Below are positions 57,092 through 64,000 of a stretch of DNA of 64,000 nt, one piece after another. Within the stretch, counting starts at the first letter, position 1; the number at the start of each line of letters is the position of its first letter. The position numbers were made by a program, and so were the translations under genes. Below the pieces are notes generated by a model, which was not told where the DNA came from, searched no databases, and saw nothing but the letters and a program-made list of their open reading frames with translations. This DNA is from an uncultured Actinomycetota bacterium (GTDB taxonomy: Bacteria; Actinomycetota; Actinomycetes; Mycobacteriales; Mycobacteriaceae): assembly GCA_963828065.1 (NCBI GenBank), contig CAWHDL010000011.1, positions 2,537 to 66,536 on the forward strand. Reading direction: 5' to 3'.

Positions 57092-59464
57092 TCATTGTGG
57101 GGGGTTCCAGGTCCAGTTGCGGATTTCGGGGTGGTCTTGGCCGTGGGTGTTGATGTAGAGGGTGTGTTCGACGAGTTTGTCGGCCATGGTCTGTTTGAGG
57201 TAGTCGCCGGTGGCGCCGAGTTGCGGGAGCCGGTCGATGACGTCGCTGACGAGGTGGTAGCGGTCGAGTTTGTTCTGCACCCGCATGTCGAAAGAGGTGG
57301 TGATGGTTCCTTCTTCGTTGTAGCCGCGCACGTGCAGGTTGTGGTTGGTGCGCCGGTAGGTGAGTCGGTGGATCAGGGTCGGGTAGCCGTGGAAGGCGAA
57401 GATGATGTGTTTGTCGGTGGTGAACAGCGCGTCGTAGTCGCGATCGCTCAGTCCATGGGGGTGCTCGCTGGCCGACTGCAACTTCATCAGGTCCACGACG
57501 TTGACGACGCGGATCTTCAACTCGGGCAAGTGTTCCCGCAGGATCGACACCGCCGCCAGCACTTCGAGGGTCGGAGTATCTCCGCAGCAGGCAAGTACCA
57601 CGTCCGGTTCGGTGCCGCGGTCGTTTCCGGCCCATTCCCAGATGCCGATGCCTTCGGTGCAGTGCACCTCGGCTTGCTCGATGCTCAGCCATTGCGGCAT
57701 CGCGCGTTTTCCGGCGACGATCACGTTGACGTAGTGGCGGCTGCGCAGGCAGTGGTCAGCCACCGACAGCAGGCAGTTGGCGTCCGGCGGCAGGTAGACC
57801 CGCACGACGTCAGCTTTTTTGTTGACGACGTGGTCCAGGAAGCCGGGGTCTTGGTGGGTGAAGCCGTTGTGGTCTTGCTGCCACACGTGGGAGGCGAGCA
57901 GGTAGTTCAGCGACGCGATGTCACGGCGCCACGGCAGTTGCGCGGTGACCTTGAGCCATTTGGCGTGCTGGTTGAACATCGAGTCGACGATGTGGATGAA
58001 CGCCTCATAGCAGTTGAACAGCCCGTGCCGTCCGGTGAGTAGATATCCTTCCAGCCAGCCTTCGCTTTGATGCTCACTGAGCATCGAATCCAACACTCGC
58101 CCCTGCAGGGCGAGGTATTCGTCGTTGGCGACGGTGCGGGCCTCCCATTGCCGGTCGGTGACCTCGAAGACCGCGCCGAGCATGTTCGACAGGGTTTCGT
58201 CGGGTCCGAAGAGCCGGAAGTTGCGTGCCTCGTCGTTGAGCCTGATGACGTCACGCAGGAAGGCACCGAGCACCCGGGTGTCTTCGGCGTCCACCGCGCC
58301 GGGCGAGGCCACCGCAACCGCGTAGACGCGAAAGTCGGGCATCCGCAGATCGCGCAGTACCAGCCCGCCGTTGGTGTGCGGGTTGGCGCCCATCCGCCGC
58401 TGCCCGCGAGGGGCGAGCGCAGCCAGGTCGGGCAACAGCCGCCCGGCCTGATCGAACAGCTCGGTGGGTTTGTAGCTGCGCATCCAGCTGTCGAGTAGTT
58501 CGACGTGCCCGGGATGCTGCTCGTCGACGAGCAACGGCACCTGGTGTGCCCGGAAGGTGCCCTCGATCTGCTGGCCGTCCACGACCTTGGGTCCGGTCCA
58601 GCCTTTCGGGGAGCGCAACACGATCATCGGCCACCGTGGGCGGGTGGTGTCGCCGGCGGTCCGCGCCTTGCGTTGGATGGCGTGGATGCCCTCGATGACG
58701 GTGTCGAGGGTGGTGGCCATCAGTTCGTGCATGTCTTCGGGGTCATCACCTTCGACGTAATGCGGGTCCCAGCCGCAGCCGCGCAGGAACTGGTCGAGCT
58801 CTTCGTGTTCGATGCGGGCCAGCACGGTGGGGTTGCTGATCTTGTAGCCGTTCAGATGCAGGATCGGCAGCACCGCCCCGTCGCCGACCGCGTTGAGGAA
58901 CTTGGTGGAATGCCAGGCGGTGGCCAGCGGGCCGGTTTCGGCCTCGCCGTCGCCGATCACGCACGCCACGACCAGGCCGGGATTGTCGAACACCGCGCCG
59001 AACGCGTGGCTCAGCGAGTAACCCAGTTCCCCGCCTTCGTGGATCGATCCCGGAGTCGTCGGTGCCACATGGCTGGAAATACCGCCGGGGAAAGAGAATT
59101 GGGTGAACAGCTTCTTCATCCCGGACTCGTCCTGACTCACGTCGGGATAGATCTCGGTGTAGGAGCCCTCGAGGTAGGTGTTGGCGACCAGCGCCGGACC
59201 GCCGTGGCCGGGGCCGGCGACGTAAAACATGTCCAGGTCGTACTTCGTGATGACCCGGTTCAGGTGCACGTAAATGAAGTTCTGCCCCGGCGTGGTGCCC
59301 CAATGCCCCACCACGAGCGGTTTCACATCCGAGAGCGCCAGCGGTCGCTTCAGCAACGGATTGTCATACAGATAGATCTGGCCGACCGACAGGTAATTCG
59401 CCGCCCGCCAGTACGCGTCCATCTTGCGCAGCAGTTCAGGTTCCAGCGTTCTAGTGCTCGTCAT
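57092..59464 (-). CDS. xfp: phosphoketolase (xylulose-5-P/fructose-6-P)
   Basis: ATG 59464 follows AAGGAG. Motifs [26 protein letters not shown] and [11 protein letters not shown]. The ORF track's 173-aa N-terminal extension was rejected. Confidence 0.9.
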   Translation of the reverse strand: MTSTRTLEPELLRKMDAYWRAANYLSVGQIYLYDNPLLKRPLALSDVKPLVVGHWGTTPGQNFIYVHLNRVITKYDLDMFYVAGPGHGGPALVANTYLEGSYTEIYPDVSQDESGMKKLFTQFSFPGGISSHVAPTTPGSIHEGGELGYSLSHAFGAVFDNPGLVVACVIGDGEAETGPLATAWHSTKFLNAVGDGAVLPILHLNGYKISNPTVLARIEHEELDQFLRGCGWDPHYVEGDDPEDMHELMATTLDTVIEGIHAIQRKARTAGDTTRPRWPMIVLRSPKGWTGPKVVDGQQIEGTFRAHQVPLLVDEQHPGHVELLDSWMRSYKPTELFDQAGRLLPDLAALAPRGQRRMGANPHTNGGLVLRDLRMPDFRVYAVAVASPGAVDAEDTRVLGAFLRDVIRLNDEARNFRLFGPDETLSNMLGAVFEVTDRQWEARTVANDEYLALQGRVLDSMLSEHQSEGWLEGYLLTGRHGLFNCYEAFIHIVDSMFNQHAKWLKVTAQLPWRRDIASLNYLLASHVWQQDHNGFTHQDPGFLDHVVNKKADVVRVYLPPDANCLLSVADHCLRSRHYVNVIVAGKRAMPQWLSIEQAEVHCTEGIGIWEWAGNDRGTEPDVVLACCGDTPTLEVLAAVSILREHLPELKIRVVNVVDLMKLQSASEHPHGLSDRDYDALFTTDKHIIFAFHGYPTLIHRLTYRRTNHNLHVRGYNEEGTITTSFDMRVQNKLDRYHLVSDVIDRLPQLGATGDYLKQTMADKLVEHTLYINTHGQDHPEIRNWTWNPPQ

Positions 59465-59499
59465 GCGGTGCTCCTTTGGTCGACTCGCATGTACGCGGT

Positions 59500-59910
59500 T
59501 CAGACGGGGGAATGCTGAGCGTTGTGCTTGTTCGTGTGTGATCTGATGGTGGTGCCGGCGGTTCCGGCGAACAGGGCTGAAGGCTCGAAGAGTGCCCCGA
59601 TCCCGGCGCGGTGGTCGGTAGCGTTGACGCACCGGCGCCAGGATTCGATCTTGGGTGCCATGGACCCGGCGGGAAACCTCATCGCGCTCAGATCGTCGAG
59701 ACTGAGTTGGGCTGGCGGTGTGGCCGCCGCGGTCCCGAAATGCTCCATGACCGCGCCGACGTTGGTGAGCATGAGCAGCCGCTGAGCGTGCACGGTGACG
59801 GCCAGGAGCGACGCAACATAATCTTTGCCGACAACAGCTTCCACCCCCGCGGGGCGGCCGCCGCCGTCCTCGGTGACCGCCGCGCCGCCGCCTCCACCGC
59901 AGATCACCAC
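59500..59910 (-). pseudogene. carbamate kinase C-terminal fragment
   Basis: [31 protein letters not shown] and [12 protein letters not shown] match the C-terminal half of carbamate kinase. There is no N-terminal half in the 117 bp up to the USP gene. Confidence 0.55.
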
Positions 59911-60027
59911 TGTTCGGGCGCGGCCACAGGGTGGGTGATCGACTGCTGGGCGAACTGAACTGCCGGTATCTCCGAAGACTCAACCCAGCTGCCTGGGCAG
60001 CACACCGACATCATGTGGGGGGTTGCG

Positions 60028-60585
60028 CTAGCCGTTCGCTGCCCGCTGCGGGGCGGGGATGACCACCACGGGGCACCGCGAATGGGACACGACGTGTTGG
60101 CTGACCGAGCCGAGCACCGCCCCGACGAATCCGCCGTGTCCGTGAGAGCCGACCACCAGCATGTCGCCTCCGCTGACGCTGTCGAGCAGCACCTGGGCGG
60201 CGTGTCCTTCCACCGCCTCCTGCGTGATTCGGACCGGATCCGTCGCGCTGTCCGGGTCGGATTTGGTGGCCTCGCTGACGGCGGCGTCCAGCAGCTTTTC
60301 CACCGAAGCAGCTGCCTCAGCGAACGCGTCTTCAGGCACGCCGACCTCCGGCTGATAGCCCAACGGGAACATGCTGCCCAACCCGGGGTCCACCCAAGGT
60401 GGATAGTACTGCCAGGCAAAGACCGCGTGGACGGGGATCTTGCGTGCCCGTGCCTCCCCGAACGCCCACCGCAGGGCGTTCAACGATCCCTGCGACCCGT
60501 CGACGCCGACCACGATCCGCCCGCTCTGCTGCGGTCCATCGGCAGAAGCGAGCGGCTGCGAGGATGATCGTCCAGTACTGGCCAT
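60028..60585 (-). CDS. universal stress protein (UspA family)
   Basis: RIVVGVDGS... and GSHGHGGFVGAVLGSVSQHVVSHSRCPVVVI ATP-binding motif. Confidence 0.8.
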   Translation of the reverse strand: MASTGRSSSQPLASADGPQQSGRIVVGVDGSQGSLNALRWAFGEARARKIPVHAVFAWQYYPPWVDPGLGSMFPLGYQPEVGVPEDAFAEAAASVEKLLDAAVSEATKSDPDSATDPVRITQEAVEGHAAQVLLDSVSGGDMLVVGSHGHGGFVGAVLGSVSQHVVSHSRCPVVVIPAPQRAANG

Positions 60586-60785
60586 AGGGCCATTATGGGT
60601 GCGCGGCCGCCGAGAGGGACACTCCGCGCTCGGCGACTGTCATGAGCGTGCGCGAGACCGCCGCCGCGAGTACCGCCGCTCTCGATGCCAACCGATTCCT
60701 CGGGCCCCATCGCCTGGCTAGGAGGGAACGGCAAAACCGCGCTGGCATGACAAAGCGAAAGGCAGCACCGCGGCCATATGGGCCC

Positions 60786-61085
60786 ATGCCCGTCTTGCAC
60801 ATCGAACACCGGATCGCCGACCTCGACACGTGGCTGCAGGACGTCGCCAGCCGCGCGCCCGCGCGAAAGCAGCATGGCGTTACCGCGGCGCACGTCCTTC
60901 AAGCTAAGGACGATCCGCAGTACATCGTGGAACTTGTCTTTTCCGACACAGCCGACGACGCAAACAAATACCGGACGTTCATGCGCGAACAGGCGTGGTC
61001 ATCGTCGTCGCCGGGACTGGCCAGCAATCCGCACGCCGTCATCCTCAACGAGGTGGTGGAAACCACCTCTAAATCTAAAGCTTGA
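60786..61085 (+). CDS. small hypothetical protein
   Basis: ATG 60786 (MPVLHIEHRIADLDTW..) inside ORF 60642..61085. No motif recognised. Confidence 0.35.
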   Translation: MPVLHIEHRIADLDTWLQDVASRAPARKQHGVTAAHVLQAKDDPQYIVELVFSDTADDANKYRTFMREQAWSSSSPGLASNPHAVILNEVVETTSKSKA

Positions 61086-61248
61086 CGGTCGGCGTAGGGA
61101 TGCACCGATTCGGGCGTTAGACCCTTTGCCACACCGAGCGCTGTCTCGTTCCTGATACCACCTTGGTGTGTGAATCAGAGCCATCGAAGTGGCGAGTCCC
61201 CGTTACTGAGTTCACCCGGTTTTAGAGTCGGGTTGTCTTTGTTCGGAT

Positions 61249-62140
61249 TCAGTTGATCTGGCAGGCGACCGGGTGGTGGGTGTGCCTGCAAGTCGCAGCG
61301 TACTCGGCCGGCGTTCGGTAGCCCAGGGCCGAATGGCGGTGGCGGTGATTGTGCTCGTGTTTGAAGTCGCCGATGACCACCCGGGCCTCGAACAGACTGT
61401 TCCAGTGGTTGCGGTTGAGGCACTCCTTGCGGAGTCGGTTGTTAAACGATTCGATGTAGCCGTTGTCCCACGGCGATCCGGGCGGGATGTAGGACACTCC
61501 GACCTTGCCCTCGCAGAACCGTTGCAGCGCTTGGGAAACCAACTCCGGCCCGTTGTCCATCCGCAGCACCTTCGGCGGGCCGCCAGCGGCGGCGAACACC
61601 GCTTCGAGCTCGGTGACTAGCCGTTCGGCGGTGATCGAGCGTTCCACCACGTGCAGCAGCGAGACGCGGGTGTGCTCGTCGATCATCGACGCGATCTTGA
61701 TCGCCTTGCCGTCGATGGTGGAGTCGAACTGGAAATCGATCGCCCACACCACGTTCGGGGCATCGGCGTCGATCGGCGGGATCGAGGACACCCCGGCCCG
61801 TTTCCGCGGACTATGCACCCGCACCTGCAGGCCTTCCTCGCGCCACAGCCGGTGGACCTTCTTCTTGTTCACCTCACGGCGCTCGTCGTAGCGCAACGCC
61901 GCCCAGGCACGCCGGAACCCATGGCAAGGATGTTTGATGGCGTAGGCGCGCAGCCAGGCCCGCATCTCGGCGTCGGGATCGGCAGGGGTCTGCGCCAGTC
62001 GGCAGGCGCCGGTAGGTGGAGCGGGCCAGCCCAACCGCCTTGCACGCCAACCGTTCCGACATGCTCAAACTGGTGTCTTGAGCATGTCGACGGCGCGGCG
62101 CTTGGCAGCTGGGCTCAGAATTTTCCCTTGGCCACCTCAC
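61249..62140 (-). pseudogene. IS3-family orfB (integrase-core transposase) with an additional frameshift
   Basis: The N-terminal HTH part (SERLACKAVGLARSTYRRLP) is in the frame of ORF 61874..62140. The rest (..QTPADPDAEMRAWLRAY..DDE core) is in the frame of ORF 61249..62034. Confidence 0.6.
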
Positions 62141-62333
62141 GCAGCGCGTCCTTTTCCAGTTCGGCTTCGGCCAACAGCCGCTTCAGCCGCGCGTTCTGCT
62201 CGCGCAGTTCCTTGAGTTCCTTGGCGGCGTCGGTGTCCATCCCGCCGTAAGCGCGGCGCCAGTTGTACAGCGTCGCCGCCGACACGCCCAGCTCGGCGGC
62301 GATCTCCTCACCGATCTTGCCTTCGGCAGCCAA
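62115..62333 (-). CDS. IS3-family orfA (probably N-terminally truncated)
   Basis: ..IGEEIAAELGVSAATLYNWRRAYGG.. HTH. Only a TTG start is available, and a stop lies a few codons upstream. Confidence 0.5.
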   Translation of the reverse strand: MAAEGKIGEEIAAELGVSAATLYNWRRAYGGMDTDAAKELKELREQNARLKRLLAEAELEKDALREVAKGKF

Positions 62334-62349
62334 TTCGTCAGCTCGGACA

Positions 62350-62466
62350 TCGCTGGGTCGGTTGATCTTTTTCGATCAGCCGGGCACGGGCGCGTCCGAT
62401 CCGGTCTCGACGGGTGCATTGCCGACGTTGGAGCAATGGGCTGACAGCATCACCGCTAGCCGATGA
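62350..62466 (+). pseudogene. alpha/beta-hydrolase gene fragment
   Basis: ..RLIFFDQPGTGASDP..LEQWADSI.. resembles the region after strand 4 of alpha/beta hydrolases. No N-terminus (the IS abuts) and no continuation after 62466. Confidence 0.3.
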
Positions 62467-62593
62467 ATTCCCGGACGGTGTCTGGTCGGCCAGCTCACGG
62501 GCCCGGGCCCGCGACCCCGTCGGCCAGTGACATTGTCGCGTACAGGCTCATGGTGCGGGCCAGGCTCGAGTGCGACTCGAATACCGCCGCAGG

Positions 62594-63097
62594 TCAGCGG
62601 GACGAGGGCGGCCACAGACCGCGGGACAGGTCGCGATCGAGCAAACGAGCGCTGACATCGCCATCGTAGAAGAGGTTTGGGTCGAAAGCATCGCCGAAGT
62701 GCTTGGCCAGCAACGACGAGAACAGCAGGGCGGCCGACTGCGGCCGGTGATTCATGACTAGTTGACTGGTCTCGCCTGCGTCGTTGAAGTACACGACGAC
62801 GAAGTTGTAGATCTCGACTCCGGACGGATGGTAGGCCTCGCTGCCACGGATGCGGGAGCGGTAGTCCTCCAAAAAGAGGTCGCCGCGCATGCCGTAGAAG
62901 CGGAAGTCCTGGAACGCGTAGAGGCTCCGCGCGAAGCTCAGCATCTTCCCGACCTGTTCTGCACCACGCAATTCGCCGTTGAACACGGCGCCTTGGAGGA
63001 TGACATCGTCGGCGAGGTTGTCCAGCCAGTGTGGGTAGTAGTCCAGGTGTAGCGCCTGGTTTTCGAGCTTGCGGGTGGTCTCGTTCGGTGTGGTCAT
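62594..63097 (-). CDS. hypothetical protein (possibly NTF2/SnoaL-like)
   Basis: 167 aa with balanced composition and a good ATG. The family assignment is a guess from size and pattern only. Confidence 0.4.
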   Translation of the reverse strand: MTTPNETTRKLENQALHLDYYPHWLDNLADDVILQGAVFNGELRGAEQVGKMLSFARSLYAFQDFRFYGMRGDLFLEDYRSRIRGSEAYHPSGVEIYNFVVVYFNDAGETSQLVMNHRPQSAALLFSSLLAKHFGDAFDPNLFYDGDVSARLLDRDLSRGLWPPSSR

Positions 63098-63137
63098 GGC
63101 AGTTGTCTCCTCAGTTTCGTTTTCGGGTCTTGCGGCG

Positions 63138-63992
63138 TCAAGAGCCGCAGATGGGACTGATCAGCGTCCAAATACACCTACTGCCGCAACCATCAAATGT
63201 GCGGTGCCGATGTCGGAGCGCTGGCGGACGGTAGCGATCAAATTGCCCAGGAGTTTCGGCTGGCTGCCATCGGTAACCGGCTTCGTCTTCGTAGTCAATT
63301 GTGACGCTCAGCGTGTAATCCGGCCTCGCGGTTGTGTAGGCCATCACGGTGTGCTGATGGGGCGGCAGGACGCGCTGCCACTCTGTGGCGAAGTGACCAA
63401 TCAAAGCGTCCCGCAATGCTTGTGTGAACGCTTGCGGTTTTCGGCTACTTCGCTGCTGCGAAGCACCCGCCAAAGCCATCTCGCCGAATGGCGGCTGTTG
63501 AAGACTGCCGTCTAATGATCCCGATGGCGCCGCAAGGATGGACCGATCGAAAACTTGATCAAGCGTCGTAGTGTTGTCGACTTGCTCACAGCCATCGGGC
63601 ACTTCCAAACCGTTGGTATCTATGGCTTGGACCTCGACCGCAAGGATCGTCGCCATTGCGTTGCTTGCGTTATCGATACCGACCGTCCACCACGAACCGC
63701 CAAACATCGGGGTTCTCACACAAGAGGGAATTACCCTTCGAGCTTGAGCCGTAACACGTTTCCGATGCGCTCGCCGGAGCGCATCCATCTGTGCCTTATG
63801 GCGTCTGCTCTCTGCGACTGCTTTTCTGGGCTCCCGGATCGCGGCTACATATAGTGCGATGAGAACGCCGACAAGGGTTGCAACCGCCGAAATCGCTTGG
63901 ATTTCCTGAAGCCAAAGCGACGTTTGATTGACAACATCTGATGTGCCTTGTGCGCTGATACGCGCCACGGACAGTAGATCGTGATTTGTCAC
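63138..63992 (-). CDS. hypothetical membrane-anchored protein
   Basis: 284 aa with a single N-terminal TM (AISAVATLVGVLIALYVAAI). No motif recognised. Confidence 0.4.
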   Translation of the reverse strand: MTNHDLLSVARISAQGTSDVVNQTSLWLQEIQAISAVATLVGVLIALYVAAIREPRKAVAESRRHKAQMDALRRAHRKRVTAQARRVIPSCVRTPMFGGSWWTVGIDNASNAMATILAVEVQAIDTNGLEVPDGCEQVDNTTTLDQVFDRSILAAPSGSLDGSLQQPPFGEMALAGASQQRSSRKPQAFTQALRDALIGHFATEWQRVLPPHQHTVMAYTTARPDYTLSVTIDYEDEAGYRWQPAETPGQFDRYRPPALRHRHRTFDGCGSRCIWTLISPICGS

Positions 63993-64000
63993 TGCAGCTC

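Larger units (their letters stand above)
61170..62345 (-). mobile_element. IS3-family insertion sequence, decayed (5'-truncated, extra frameshift in orfB); boundaries approximate
   Basis: orfA (HTH, leucine-zipper-like ..LKELREQNARLKRLLAEAELEKD..) followed by orfB with a DDE/rve core (WAIDFQF.., RMDNGPEL.., NGYIESFN). Confidence 0.65.

Noticed and set aside
59465-59983. 173-aa N-terminal extension of the phosphoketolase ORF
   Set aside because: The extension is Arg/Pro-rich and overlaps the carbamate kinase fragment. ATG 59464 has an AAGGAG Shine-Dalgarno sequence and gives the canonical [16 protein letters not shown]-terminus.

Overview
High-GC actinobacterial window, Mycobacterium-like (ESX, PE/PPE and an IS6110-like fragment). 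No rRNA, tRNA or CRISPR array was recognised. Layout: (1) 51-2229: an Sfp-type PPTase and a LIP-family lipase, both on the minus strand. (2) 2406-25267: a type VII (ESX) secretion locus with non-canonical order. It runs eccC, then an SPFH + 2x AIM24 module (two of three genes frameshifted) and a membrane protein, then PE-PPE-esx-esx-espG. A 3.7-kb block of unrelated membrane/secreted genes follows, including a Tat-signal PI-PLC-like enzyme, and then eccB, an EspI-like ParA/MinD ATPase, eccD, mycP and eccE. No eccA is seen. (3) 25281-54139: a ~28.9-kb Tn7-like element (tnsA-tnsB-tnsC-tniQ, no CRISPR, no tnsE) whose tnsA-proximal end starts 13 nt after the eccE stop codon. Its cargo includes a LysR-type HTH-only ORF coupled to tniQ, an Xre/RES toxin-antitoxin pair, and an uncharacterised three-gene minus-strand operon centred on a PIN nuclease (best candidate for a new conflict/defence system). 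It also carries an IS110 element abutting an IS6110-like remnant, an HD + MBL hydrolase pair, a 1816-aa Ser/Thr kinase-AAA-GAF-histidine kinase, and a redox/iron block (sulfite-oxidase-like, MOSC, Dps, aconitase-family). An internal ~570-bp duplicate of the aconitase 3' end plus inner transposon end suggests the element is a composite. (4) 54145-54222: exactly 5 bp after the first element ends (..ACA) there is a second, diverged copy of the same tnsA-proximal end (TGT..). A 26-nt exact match to tniQ lies ~100 bp further on. Together these indicate tandem Tn7-like insertions at one attachment site, followed by decay. (5) 54482-63992: P-type ATPase, phosphoketolase, a truncated carbamate kinase, a universal stress protein, a decayed IS3-family element and hypothetical genes. 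Many long antisense ORFs in the track are GC-driven shadows and were not called.
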